NCBI RefSeq assembly: GCF_001194135.2
Contig: NC_068991.1
Span: forward strand, 54,764,028 to 54,828,027
Direction: 5' to 3'
Length of the DNA stretch: 64,000 nt
From: Octopus bimaculoides
Taxonomy: Eukaryota
Positions 38,509 to 51,207 of this stretch are shown here, one piece after another. The number at the start of each line of letters is the position of its first letter. The first letter of the stretch is position 1. The notes beneath the pieces were generated by a model. The model was not told the origin of the DNA. It saw nothing but the letters and a program-made list of their open reading frames with translations, and searched no databases. A program made the translations under genes and the position numbers.

Positions 38509-39716
38509 GTATGTCCCATGTTGATGCTATCAATTTGTTTACCATTTGTTCAAAATCTCTTTTACAATGGAATGATGTTATGGAGTGACACAAAATAGTT
38601 TTATATCAGATCTTTCCATTTGATGATTTTGTTTGGTTGATTTTGTCTTTGCTCATTTTCCTTTGACAGCAGTGATTTGACAGAATTATTTAGAGCATGA
38701 TGCCATGTAAAAAGCACCAAGTACATTCTGTTAAGTAGTTGGCATTAGGAAAGGCATCCAGCCGTAGAAAGCATGCCAAAACAGACAACCTGGAGCCTGG
38801 TGCAGCCCTCTGGCTTGCCAGCTCTAGTCAAACAATCCAACCCATGCCAGCATGGAAAATTAAATGATGATGATGATTAGAGCATTGGAGAGAACACACT
38901 GTAGTTCTGGCTTACTGCACTTTGAGTTCAAGTCTTACCGAAGTCAGTTTTTCAACCATGTGGTTTTGGGTTCAATCGCACTGTGTGGCATTTTGGGAAA
39001 ATGGCTTCTACTATAATTTCAGTCCAACCAAATTTGAACTCAGATTGAACCTATGGTCTTAGGTTCAATCCACCCCACAGCACTTCAGACAAGAGTCTTC
39101 TTCTATAGCCCCTGACTGACTAAAGCCTTGTGAGTTGATTTGCTAGACATAAACTGAAACAAGCTGGCCAAAATATATCTATGAGCATAATCATCATCAT
39201 CATGCAAGTGATGTTCATTTCCAGTCTTCCCTGAAAAACATGTCAGGCCATGGAAAAATGTTACCTTGCTTGGAAACTGAACAGCCATAGAAAATCTGCC
39301 CCAACAAATTCTGTCTGATGCAAGCAAACATGGAAAAGTACATGTTAAATGATGATGTTGTTGATAATATTTTAAGACAATTATTTATAAGTTTATTACC
39401 AAAAGGAAATTACTTAAATATTACTGAGTTGACAACTATCTTTACATTTCTGCTGTTTCACAATAAGTAGTTGACCTTGGCAAATGACCTTTTAAGATAT
39501 TAACAACAACGTAAAACAAAGAGTTTGATTGCACTATTTAACCCTTTGAACCTGCAAGACTGTTTAACACTAAATTTGTCACTGAAATTGTTGCCAACTT
39601 TCACTTTACTGCATCTTTGTGCATAGCTTGTACAGCCCTACTAATTCCTACCACTGTGTGAGGCACCATCATATAGTTAATATAATTAATTTCATCTTTT
39701 ATTTATATATTTCCAG

Positions 39717-39944
39717 CCTGAAATTGATGCAGCTGTGAAAATTCTCTTAGGTTATAAGAGTCAGTTTAAGGCTGTGAGTGGGTTTGATTGGAAACCAGGA
39801 TGTACAAAATCCTTTGAAGGAAAAGGTGATGCTGCACAACCATCATCTCATCCCGTTTCTAATCAAAATGCATCAGACTTAAATAAACGTATCCAAGATC
39901 AAGGAAATAAAGTTCGCCAGTTGAAGTCTTGTAAAGCACCAAAG
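39717..39944 (+). CDS. EPRS1: EPRS exon 21, WHEP1 helix 2 and WHEP2 helix 1
   Basis: ttccAG / gtttgt; PEIDAAVKILLGYKSQFKAVSGFDWKPG...LNKRIQDQGNKVRQLKSCKAPK. Confidence 0.95.
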
Positions 39945-42442
39945 GTTTGTGCTTTATGATTCTAAGTTATCTTTTGTTGAATTTTGAAAATAAATGAAAC
40001 TTAACCGTTTAGCATTCACATTACTCTGTCGAATGTAAGGTTTATTTATTTGCATTGTGCTGGTGCCACATAAAAAGTATCCAGTACACTCTGTAGAGTG
40101 CTTGGCATTAGGAAGGGCATCCAGCCATAGAAACCATACCAGAACAGACAATGGAACCTGGCGCAGCCCCTGGCCTTACCAGCTCTGGTCAAACTGTCCA
40201 ACATGGAAAACAGACATTAAATGATAATAGTGAAGATTGTTTTGAATTAATCATGCATCATCTCATAATTTCAAGATTTCAATTTTAATGTTCACTGTTT
40301 AAATTATGGAGTGCTACATACTAAATTTGTTTTTTTCTTTTGAGTGATGTTAATTTCTTCATAAAATTTTGTGAGACCTGATAATTATGATTTCCAGGGA
40401 CTTGCCATCTCCTTTCGAACAAGACACCTATTTCTGTCCCTCTATCTGACTTATCCCCCGGCATAAAGCCACCTCCTCCAATACTACCCCCTCCCTCCCA
40501 CACGCACTCAGTTAAGAGCTCTTGCTTTGCAAGTTATTTCTTGATCTCATTAGTACTGGTACCACATAGAAAGTGAAGTGATTGTTGTTAGGAAGGGCGT
40601 CCAGCCACAGAATCCATGCCGAAATAAACATTGGAACTTGGAGCAGTCCTGTGGTTCATCAGCTCCTATCACACTGTCCAACCCAGTGTTTCTCAACCTT
40701 TTTACCCTTGCGTAACCCTTAAAATAAATAGGTGTCTCAAGGAACCCTTGTACAAAAAAATTATATACTATATATAGCTGCAGGTTCCAGGTTCAGTCCC
40801 ACTGTGTGGCACCTTGGGCAAGTATCTTCTACTATAGCCTCAGGCTGACCAAAGCCTTGTAAGTAAATTTTATAAACGGAAACCGTCGTATATATATATC
40901 TATATATATGTTTGTATATCTGTGTTCCCCCAATATCGCTTGAAAGCCAATGCTGGTGTGCTTACATTATATATATATGGTTATATTTTTTTGATAACAT
41001 ATTAGGTTAGATAGGATGTCTCTATTACAATAACCAATAATATGTTGCACATGTATAGTAATATTATGATCATGAAATTAGCATTAGCTTGTCTCACTCT
41101 TTCTCGCAGAGCCTTAGGGATCTGCAGGCTCCCAGTTGAGAAATGCTGGTCTAACTCATGCCAGCATGGAAAACAGACATTAAATGATGTTTATGATGAA
41201 ACTTTCAGAACTATTGCTAATACCAGCGAAGATATGTAATCTGTTACCACATGATTATATTAAAGAGTTAAATGAAGATGTTTATTAACAGAAATATTAA
41301 AATATCTTAAATCAAACATTAATGGTGTAATTAATTATAATTAAGAATGCTGTGAATTTATCATGGTTAGTAAATGAAAAACACAAACTTTAGATGAGCT
41401 TACTTTGTATCAGTTCAGATAAAGTTATTTGTGAATGGATAAATTAAGTGGTTGGCCTTTTTCATCATTGGTTGACAAAATTGTAGAGACAATAACTTGT
41501 GCCTGGGTTGTTTCCAGGAGCAAATCCTTAATCCCTAGTATACTTACCACCTCTCCACTCATGGATACGCCATGCAGGAAAGACAAGTCCATGGAACTAT
41601 AGGAGATTCAGATTTTGGTTAAGTATAACTATGGATACCTGCCTTATTTTCTGTACAAGTTTACTCCCTTGGCCTTTTTTTTTTTTTAATGCTCAATAAA
41701 TTACCCCAAAAGACAGCAGGGATTTGTTATTCTAATGGGCATGGTTTTTGCAGAACCAGTTCCTTTCTTGTTTGTATTGGTCTGGTGTAAAGAAGTGTCA
41801 CAAGCCCAGTAGTTTTCAGGATATAGGATTTGCATGGAATTTACCTTCTCTTGGATGAGCAGCTAAAGATTTTAGGTTTTCATTTGCCCTGGGTCTGTTG
41901 GGATGTCTGTCAGTGATTGTCTTCTGAAGTAAATTAACCCTTTAACACTTACACTGGCCATATCAAGCCCAAATAGTCTACCTGTTCTATGTTCAAACTA
42001 ACCAGATCTGACCTCTCACACCTATCTAACAATGTCATTCTAAAAATAAACAATCACATCATTGAAATCTCAAAGTTATGAGATAATACGTGGTTAATTC
42101 AAAACAATGTGAATAAATAAGCATTGCTTACAACAGAGTAATCTGAATGCTAAAGGGTAAATATGGAAAGTTAATCTACATAACTGTTCTATGCAATCTT
42201 GGTAAAAGTGAAGTTGTTACTCATGAAATTTTAATTAAATCAGTAGAAAGTTTTCCATTATATTTCTAAAGAATGCAACTTAAATTGGTTTATTTAACAA
42301 AAGAATAGTAGGATAGGTAATGTGCTTTAGTGAGAACTAACATAGGATATCAAAAAGTATTTGATCAAAAGTTACCTGTAATATTAGCAGCCTCTCTGGG
42401 AAAAATATGTCTTCTGCCTAATACTTAATAATTTTAATTTAA

Positions 42443-42900
42443 CCCTCTCGGACCTGGGTCCCTGTGTCTAATTTTACCCTCCACCAGGGCTCCTGCGCAA
42501 AAAGTAAGTATTTGTATACACAGCTCAAGAGTAATAATTGCAGGTAAACTAATGGACAGAATCACAAAAAAAAAATTCAAAAGAATAATAATAAGCCTCT
42601 CTCTCAACTACTGTATTTGTTCACCTGCATCACTACTTTCCTCATCACTTTCACCAGTTTCATTGTCCGAATCACTCTCAATGTCTGCGTACGGGTAAAC
42701 TCTTCGAAGAATAAATATTATCTATAATATCCTCAACTGTAAAATGTCTAGGCCATGTTCATATACCAAACAAAGTACTGGATTCATCACAGGCTCATTT
42801 CATCACAAAAATCTGTTTTTTTTGTGACTAAAAACAAAAGTAAACAACAGCCACAGGGGACGTAATTAACATTGAGTCATAAACTCACTTGACTACAAAG
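42443..42900 (-). mobile_element. Possible piggyBac-like transposon remnant
   Basis: TTAA-CCCTCTCGG terminus; the minus strand reads an acidic YADIESDSDNETGESDEESSD tract typical of piggyBac transposase N-termini. Confidence 0.35.
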
Positions 42901-43162
42901 CTGCAATGTAATAGGTTGTCTATTTTTAGTATTTTATCTCCTTTTTCTGTGTTGTTCATTACCACTTTAATAGGAATCTAGTAGAGATTATATTTAGGCT
43001 ATTTCCTCCATACCAGGAATACAATGCTATTGGGTTAATCTGTAGTCTTATTAATCCCTATACTTCATGAAATAAAAAGAATGTCAATAAACTGTTTTAG
43101 GGTTTCTTTGTTCTTTTTGCTGTTAAAAGATATCATTTCTCATTCTTCTTTTTCCCTTTCAG

Positions 43163-43378
43163 GAAGAAATAACCGCTCAAGTAAATATATTATTATCTTT
43201 GAAAGCTGAATATAAAACTCTGACCGGAACTGAATGGAAAGCTGAAGTATCACCTGTAAATGGTGATAAAGACAAACCTGCTGCTACCATTACTGATCCA
43301 GCCATTGCTGAAATAAATCAAAAGATTACAGAACAGGGGAATAAAGTGAGACAACTTAAAGCTGATAAAGCACCAAAG
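43163..43378 (+). CDS. EPRS1: EPRS exon 22, WHEP2 helix 2 and WHEP3 helix 1
   Basis: tttcAG / gtatct; EEITAQVNILLSLKAEYKTLTGTEWK...INQKITEQGNKVRQLKADKAPK. Confidence 0.96.
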
Positions 43379-43659
43379 GTATCTTGGTATTTCTTAACCT
43401 GTATTCCTACAGTAATTCAGTTGATGAAGGAAACTAACAAAGTACTTTATTTTCCTGCATTATATATGTTCGTATCCCTTTTTTTCATAGACTTCACCAA
43501 AATATTAACTGTGTGGCTGTGTTGTTAAGAAGTTTGATTCCCAACCATATGGCTCCAGGTTCAGTCCCATTACATAGCACCTTGGGCAAACGTCTTCTGC
43601 TATAACCCCAAGCCAACCAAAGCATTGTGAGTGGATTCGGTAGGTAGGAACTGAAAAAA

Positions 43660-43802
43660 GGCAGCGAGCTGGCAGAAACGTTAGCATGCCAGGCAAAATG
43701 CTTAGCAATATTTTGTCTGCCGTTACATTCTGAGTTCAAATTCCGCCGAGGTCAACTTTGCCTTTCATCCTTTCGGGGTCAATTAAATAAGTACCAGTTA
43801 CA
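43660..43802 (+). mobile_element. tRNA-derived SINE, second family (Nin-domain-like; representative young copy)
   Basis: GGCAGCGAGCTGGCAGAAACGTTAGC...GAGTTCAAATTCC...CTTTCATCCTTTCGGGGTC..TAAGTACCAG. Other copies at about 7095(-), 20545, 29095(-), 37245, 46040, 52395 and a tandem cluster at 53640-54190. Confidence 0.75.
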
Positions 43803-44699
43803 CTCTGTGTGTGTAGCCCCTTGTGGGCAGCAAAGAAATAAGAAACTGAAAAAAGCCTGTTGTATGTGTGTGTGCATACATATATGTATGCATCTGTCAG
43901 TTATCTGCCATAGGTCAACTTTGACTGTTCTGTTCAGGGACAGAATGCCTTTGAATGATGAGTAAAGCAGTTGGCATTATCCTCCACCAGTTTGCCTCTC
44001 TGTACCTCCACACCAAGTATGAAATAGTATACAAGAGTGCAATGAGCATGGTTGCTGAGGGTGTCTTGCAGTAGCAGCTCACTTGCTAGTTGACACCCAA
44101 CCGTTGTCTGGTAGTACCAATCATCCACTTGGTCACAATAACCTTCAAGCCACCTTGTCAATTATCCAATGTCCTGCTACAGTTGTCTTCACCATATCTC
44201 TGGCATGGGAGGTTAAGGGGTTGTGTACTTGTCCTAGGTACCACTGCAGTCTATGGACAGAAGCGGCAACTTATTCTCCCTTTTATATTCTGCCATTGAT
44301 GTGAGTATCCTGTGTAAAAGTGAGGGAGAGAGTCATGTATCTATGTCATGACATGATATGATTGTTGTAAACAAGTGTCACTGTCATACAAGCAGTGTCC
44401 TTCATTTTCAAATTTCTGTGAAACATATTTGGTCGTGGGGGAATATTACCTTACTTGAAAACAGTGAGGGTTGGTGACATAAAAAGCATCTTGTCATAGA
44501 AAATCTGCCTCGACAAATTCTGTCTGACCCATGAGAGTAGGAAAATAAACAATAATAATGAGTAGTCTTGATCAGCTCCATTTGAGTATTATATATAAAG
44601 TCTACAAATGGTCAATGAAAGATTTGGAAGCCTATTGGAATAGCACTTGAAACAGTTTTCATTCAGTTATGCAGTGATGAATTTTATAGAGTGAACGAC

Positions 44700-45240
44700 A
44701 TAAGAAGCATCAGATGTGGTGTGCAAGAAAGACGACTGCGCTAGTATGGCCATGTGTTACGTATGGATGAGGACTGCTGTGTGAAGAAGTGTCACACCCT
44801 AACAGTGAGATGGTGAAGCACGACTTGCAAACATTGGGCCTCACAAAGGCAATGACAAGTGACCAAGAGATGTGCTGTACTTGAGAAGACCTGGCAAGCC
44901 AAATGAGATCGTAGCCATGGCCTATGCCAGTGTCGCATAACTGGCCCATTTANNNNNNNNNNGCCTATGCCAGTGTCGCATAACTGGCCCATTTAAGAGT
45001 ACCCATCAATTGTCGGGCAATATGCTGTGCTTGAGAAGACCTGTTGAGTCAAGTGAAATCATTGTCATGGCTAATGCCAGTACCACCTGACTGGCACCCA
45101 TGCCAGTGGCACATAGTAAGCACCATTCGAGTGTGGCTGATGCCAGTGCCACCCTACTGGTCCCTGTGCTGGTGGAACGTAAAAAGCACCCTTTACACTC
45201 TTGGAGTAATTGGCATTAGGAAGGGCATCCAGCTGTAGAT
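44700..45240 (+). mobile_element. RTE-clade LINE C-terminus and 3' UTR
   Basis: YGHVLRMDEDCCVKKC-like reading; 3' UTR shared with the other RTE tails. Confidence 0.7.
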
Positions 45241-46988
45241 GTAAAACTGCAAATTAAAAGAAAATTTTCAATTGCAAGAGGGTACGAGATTACTGATATT
45301 TATTTTATCAATAAAGGGTATAAAGAAATGCTGATCTCTAATTGTGGAAGGGATAGATCTAAGAAGGTGTGGGACAAAGTTGTGAGAGATCTCACAGAAG
45401 AAATGACAAGGGACTGAGAATTATGATGGTTTGCTGTGCTTGAGAAGACAAGTCAAGCTAAGTAAAATTGTAGCTGTCCACACATACAGGTATGTCCTCT
45501 ACATCCTTCTCTCAGCCAAGAGGTCCTTCCCTTGTGGGCTCAGTGTGTGGGTACTTGTGTCACATAAAAAGCACTCATGTTGGTGTCACATAAAAGCACC
45601 CAGTACACTCTTTAAACTAGTTGGCATTAGGAAGGGCATCCAGCCATAGAAACCATGCCGAAGCAGACAAATGGAGCTCAGACAGCTCTCCAGCTGGCCA
45701 TCTCCTATTAAACCATCCAACTCGTGTGAGTTTGAAAAGCAGACATTAAATGATGAATGATGGTATAAAGGCCAGTTAATTGCTAACATTAACTTCAAAA
45801 ACAAGTTTCATTTGGAAAGTACCTTTGGTATGAAGTTGTAAGCATAAGTGGAATCAACACTAGTCTGTGGCTATAACATTGTGAAGGCAGGAAAGAAATG
45901 GTAGAATCTGAATGCAGAATGTAGAAATTTGGAACTAAATACTAAAAAGTTGTAACAGTTCCTTTTTGCATTGAGAGAGTATTATTGATTGGTACATCTT
46001 TAGTATATTATTGATGTCATTAACCAGACATTAATTCTAAGCTGGCAGAATTGTTAGCATGCCAGATGAAATGCTTAGTGGCCTTTCTTACATCCTTATG
46101 TTCTAAGTTCAAATTCTGCTATGGTCATCTTTGTCTTTCATCCTTTCAGGGTTGATAAAATAGGTACCACTTAAGCACTGGGGTTGATGCTATTGACTTC
46201 ACCCATCCCCTTCAAATTGCTGATCTCGTACAAAAATTAAAAAGAATTATTAACCAGAAGGTTTATTGTTCATACTTTCTTATCCCTCAATTCTATACCC
46301 CGCTTAGTTGTGGGATTTTGACTTGCAAGCATCTGCTGATCTTACTGGTGCTGGTGTCATGAAAAAACACCAATCCACTTTGTAAAGTGGTTGGCATTAG
46401 GAAGGACATCCAGCTGTAGAAGCCATGCCAAATCAGGTATTGGAGCATGACATAGCCCTCTAGCTTATTGGTTCTTGTTGAACCATCCAACCTATGCCAG
46501 TATGGAAAAGGGACATTAATGAAGAAGAGGAGGAATGAAAAGTAAAATTCATGTCTTTTATCTTTTACTTGTTTCTGTTATCTGACTGTGGCCATGCTGG
46601 GGCAACCACCTTGAGGAATATATAGTCAAATGAATCAACCCCAGTACTTTTGTTTTCAAGTCTGGTACTTATTCTATCAGTCTCTTGTGTCGACCTGCTC
46701 AGTTACAAGGATGTAAACACACCAACACCTGTTGTCAAGCAGTGGTGGGGTACAAACAAAGACACACAGACATAGATATATATGTGTATATATACAATGG
46801 GCTTCTTTCTGTTATCATCTACCAAATCCACTCAAGGCTTTGGTCAGCCCGAGTCTTTCCCAAGGTGCCACAAATGGGGCTGAACTCAGAACCATGTGTT
46901 TAGAAAGCGCACTTCTTGCCATACAGCCACACCTGCACCCATAGTAGTAAGAAATTGAAAGTCTGTCTAATGTATTTGAAACCAACAG

Positions 46989-47173
46989 GAACAGGTTGAT
47001 GCAGAAGTCAAAATCTTGCTCTCACTAAAAGCTGATTACAAGAGTAAGAGTGGCCAAGATTGGAAACCTCCCAAAGAAACTAAAGAGAAACAATCAGCCC
47101 CCAAAAAAGAGAAAGCCACTGTGAATAAAAACAATGAAGAACATTCTGGAAAAGAGATGAAGAAAATAACCAG
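46989..47173 (+). CDS. EPRS1: EPRS exon 23, WHEP3 helix 2 and Lys-rich linker
   Basis: caacAG / gtaatt; EQVDAEVKILLSLKADYKSKSGQDWKPPKETKEKQSAPKKEK...KKIT(R). Confidence 0.94.
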
Positions 47174-47204
47174 GTAATTTATCACCGTCATTTTTGTTGT
47201 TATT

Positions 47205-47390
47205 GTTATAGTGGTTAAGAGCGCGGGCTACTAACCCCAAGATTCCGAGTTCGATTCACGGCAGCGACCTGATTAATAATAATAATAATAATATAATAAT
47301 AGTAACATCGTTAGGAATGAGAACCCAGGTTCGAAATTTCCCCAAGACACCTGATGAAGGTTGGAGGGTATATCAAAATCAAAAACGCAC
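47205..47390 (+). mobile_element. tRNA-headed SINE with (AAT)n and a decayed hammerhead-like core
   Basis: A box TAGTGGTTAAG 47209-47219, B box GAGTTCGATTC 47247-47257, (AAT)n, CTGATGA 47351-47357. Confidence 0.7.
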
Positions 47391-47971
47391 AATGCGCAAA
47401 ATTAAAAATATAAAATGGCAACAATTTACTCATTACACTCTGTATATTTATGTGTGTGTGCTTTTGTGTCTGTTCCCCCCCCCTCCCCGCACCACCATCA
47501 CCACTGCTTGACAACCAGTGCTTATGTCCCCGTAACCTAGCAGTTCAGTAAAAGAGTCCGATAGACTATGTACTAGGCTTAAAAAGAAGTCCTGAGGTTG
47601 ATTTGTTTGAATAAAACCCTTTGAGGCAGTGCTCCAGCATGGCTACAGTCAAAATGACTGAAACAAGTATAAGAATATGTGTGTGCATGTTTATGTAGTA
47701 CAGTCTTCTTGCTTTGACATTATATGATAGTTGTAAACAAGTGTCACCTTCATGTAAGTGATGACCTCCATTTCCAGTTTTCTGCCAAGCCATAGTGAAA
47801 TATTATCTTGCTTAGAATCAAATGAGGGTTGGCAACAAGAAGAGTACCCTGCCATAGAAAATCTGCCTCCACAAATCTCATTTGACCCATGCCAGCATGG
47901 AAAAATGGATGTTAAAACAATGACAATGAGTTTTTCATCATTTTTTTTTTTTCGTTTCTTGTTCGTTCTAG

Positions 47972-48023
47972 GCTTGGACTTGAAGCCAAGAAAGAAGAAT
48001 CACTTTCTGATTGGTATTCTCAG
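47972..48023 (+). CDS. EPRS1: EPRS exon 24, start of ProRS
   Basis: ttctAG / gtatgt; LGLEAKKEESLSDWYSQ. Confidence 0.97.
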
Positions 48024-48558
48024 GTATGTCATTTATATAATTGAAATACCTAGAGCATTCTAGAATAAAATGTTTTTTAATAATTTTGAGAGGTTTGCTG
48101 ATGACCTTTTACAACTTAGATTTACGTTAATAAATTAAGGTTTTCATTATAAATATACAAAGATAGAAATATTAATAGAAAGTTATTGTAAAAACTTCCA
48201 AATGTAACATTGATAATATTGTTCATGTCATAAGAATTTTAAAAACTTCAAGAGAATGTGAAATTATTTGATTTTAACCATGGAACTTGAAGCAGATAAA
48301 GCTATAAATAACAGCATGTAAATATTGGGTTAAAGACCCTTTTAGATCAATAAAAGTCAAAGGCTACCCATGGGATTCATGCCCAGAGGAAAAGTTTGCA
48401 TTGGTCCAATAGTAGAACAGGTGACCTTCAACTTTTTCTGTCCAAAGACTCTTTATAAACCCAATATATGTTTGCTGTTATTTATAGTTTTATCTGCTTC
48501 AAGTTCAGTTGTTAAAAATGAATTCTTTAATATCAATAAATGGTATGAATTATATTAA

Positions 48559-48778
48559 CCCTTTAGCATTTAAACCAACCCTATCTGGCTCAAATATGCT
48601 ACCTGTTTTATGTTCTAACCAGCCAGATCCAGCCTATTACACCTACCCTTTAATGCCATTCTAAAAATATACAGTCACACCATCAAAATCTTGAAGCTAC
48701 AAAATAATGCATGATAAATTAAAAACAATGTGAATGAAAAGGCATTACATTTGAGAGAATAATCTAAATGCTAAAGGG
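48559..48778 (+). mobile_element. piggyBac-type MITE, 220 bp (best-preserved copy)
   Basis: TTAA-CCCTTTAGCATT ... AATGCTAAAGGG-TTAA. Same-orientation copies at about 2620-2815, 4963-5179, 9674-9897, 18624-18832, 31282-31498, 41938-42157, 51605-51821 and 60315-60490. Confidence 0.85.
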
Positions 48779-48862
48779 TTAAATCTATTTTTAAATGTTC
48801 CCTTTTTTTTTGTTTTGTCATATCTGACTTTAATTCTAAATCTTTGTATTAATCAATTATAG

Positions 48863-49072
48863 GTGATTACAAAAGCTGAACTGATTGAATATTATGATGT
48901 CAGTGGTTGTTACATCTTGCGTCCATGGGCATACAGCATCTGGGAAGCCATTCATGATTTCTTCGATAAAGAGATTAAGAAATTAGGTGTTGAAAATGCA
49001 TATTTCCCCCTCTTTGTATCTGCTCAAGCTCTACAAGTTGAAAAAACACATATTGGAGATTTTGCTCCTGAG
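48863..49072 (+). CDS. EPRS1: EPRS exon 25, ProRS motif 1 region
   Basis: ttatAG / gtattt; [70 protein letters not shown]. Confidence 0.98.
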
Positions 49073-50309
49073 GTATTTCAACTTGATATTCTTTCATCAC
49101 TAGTCAATATTATCAAATTCTTTTGTCTTCATTTTTGCAATTTTTTTCCTTTGAAAGTATGTTTTTTGCCACTGTATCTTGGACTACAAGAATAGTTAGA
49201 TATAACCCAGAGTCCAAGTAAACTGGTAGCAGTCTACATCAGCAATGGTTATGTTGTGACATGACTTTGGATAAATTTATGTATTGTTGGGGGAATAAAG
49301 GAATGTAACATTTCAAGACTGACTTTTCTTTTGAGAAGGAGAAGACAAATACTTTTCAACTGAGCCGGGTTTTAGTCATTACTGAGAGTATATAAGGATG
49401 GATATGTATGTATTTATGTCATAAGAACTGAGAAACTTCAAGAGGCATGACATAATCATTTTTTGTGATGGAACTCAATGTAGATAAAACAGTAAATAAT
49501 AGTAAGTATTAAATTACAAAAAAGAAGTTGCAGATTGTGCATGGGATGCAAACCCACATTTTATGTAGACATGGCAGATGTTCTACCGTTGTACCAAAGC
49601 ATTCCTTCAAATTTCTCCATCCATGGGCAGCCTTTAACTTCTTTCTATCCAAGGTTTTTTTTTTAACCTAATATTTACTTGCTATTATTCATAGCTTTAT
49701 CTGCTTCAAGTTCTACTGTTAAAAACGATATACAAGTATACACACACAATCTTCACAAACTTTTTCTCAGTGTTTTAAGTGACCATTCAATAGACAGTTG
49801 TGATAATGAAATAGTATATTACTCTTATTGTGTGGTACCTTGAGCAAGTGTCTTCTACTATTGCCTTATGCTGTTCAGGGAATATATTCAGTTTAGGAAA
49901 CAAATAAGTGATCTCTCTTTAATTTACTGTGAAATTCTAAAATGTCATCAGAATTCTGAACTGTTTATCTTTCCACACTCTAGGTTGCATATAATGTATA
50001 TGCATATACCATATTTGCTCGTGTATAAGTTGCAACCCAGTTTTTTCAGTTGAAATCGTGTCTAAATCAGTGTGGCATATACACAAAGAAATACAGTATG
50101 TGTGCNNNNNNNNNNNNNNNNNNNNNNNNNNNNNNNNNNNNNNNNNNNNNNNNNNNNNNNNNNNNNNNNNNNNNNNNNNNNNNNNNNNNNNNNNNNNNNN
50201 NNNNNNNNNNNNNNNNNNNNNNNNNNNNNNNNNNNNNNNNNNNNNNNNNNNNNNNNNNNNNNNNNNNNNNNNNNNNNNNNNNNNNNNNNNNNNNNNNNNN
50301 NNNNNNNNT

Positions 50310-50760
50310 ATAAATGATGTACCTGGTGTAAGAGAAAATCCATACGATGTACCCGGTGTAAGCTATGGACACATAAAAGGTGCAGCAATATCAAAGGAAG
50401 GTTAACAGGGAAAATAGTTTTTGTGTGTGGCAGATGCACTGGGGCAATAAACACTGAAGATATACAGAAAACAGATTCCATCACATGCCAGGGGAAGAAA
50501 CTAGAAATAGTTAATAGCTTCCACTACCTAGGCGACCAAGTCTCTAGTGGGGGTGGTTGCTCTGAGAGTGTAGCGTCTAGAGTAAGAATAGCCTGGGCAA
50601 AGTTCAGAGAGCTCCTACCTCTTCTGGCAACTAAGGGCCTCTCGCTCAGGGTAAAGGTAGACTGTATAATGCATGTGTGCGAACTGCCATGCTACACGGC
50701 AGTGAAACATGAGCCATGAATGCTGAGGACATACGTAGGCTTGAAAGAAATGTCCCACTG
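50310..50760 (+). mobile_element. RTE-clade LINE fragment next to an N gap
   Basis: CGRC...LEIVNSFHYLGDQVSSGGGCSESVASRVRIAWAKFRELLPLL. Confidence 0.88.
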
Positions 50761-51054
50761 TCTAGGCGAGCAGGCCAGTACTCTCCCTGATAGGACGGCC
50801 AGTCTGTCATGGTGTTACCCATTTACAGCTGAGTGGACTGGAGCAATGTGAAATGAAGTGTTTTGCTCAAGAGTACAATATGCAACTAGTTCAAGAATCG
50901 AAACCACAATCTTACGATTGTGAATGCAACTCCCTCTAAACAGTTGGACGGACACACACACACACACATATACACATATAACTATTTATATTTACTGCAT
51001 ATAAAACTACAGTGCTAGGACTTTTTAATATTTCAACCCAATCATTGTTTCTAG

Positions 51055-51207
51055 GTTGCTTGGGTAACAAAGTCCGGACAAAGTGAACTCGTTGAGCCTG
51101 TTGCCATTCGACCAACCAGTGAGACTGTCATGTACCCTTCATACAGGAAATGGGTTAAATCTCACAGAGATTTACCGATACGGCTTAACCAGTGGTGCAA
51201 TGTTGTG
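51055..51207 (+). CDS. EPRS1: EPRS exon 26, ProRS
   Basis: ttctAG / gtaagt; [51 protein letters not shown]. Confidence 0.98.

Noticed and set aside
47205-47270. Functional tRNA gene (and similar heads at 43660, 37930, 33848)
   Set aside because: A and B boxes are present but there is no complete acceptor stem, and each head runs into a SINE body.
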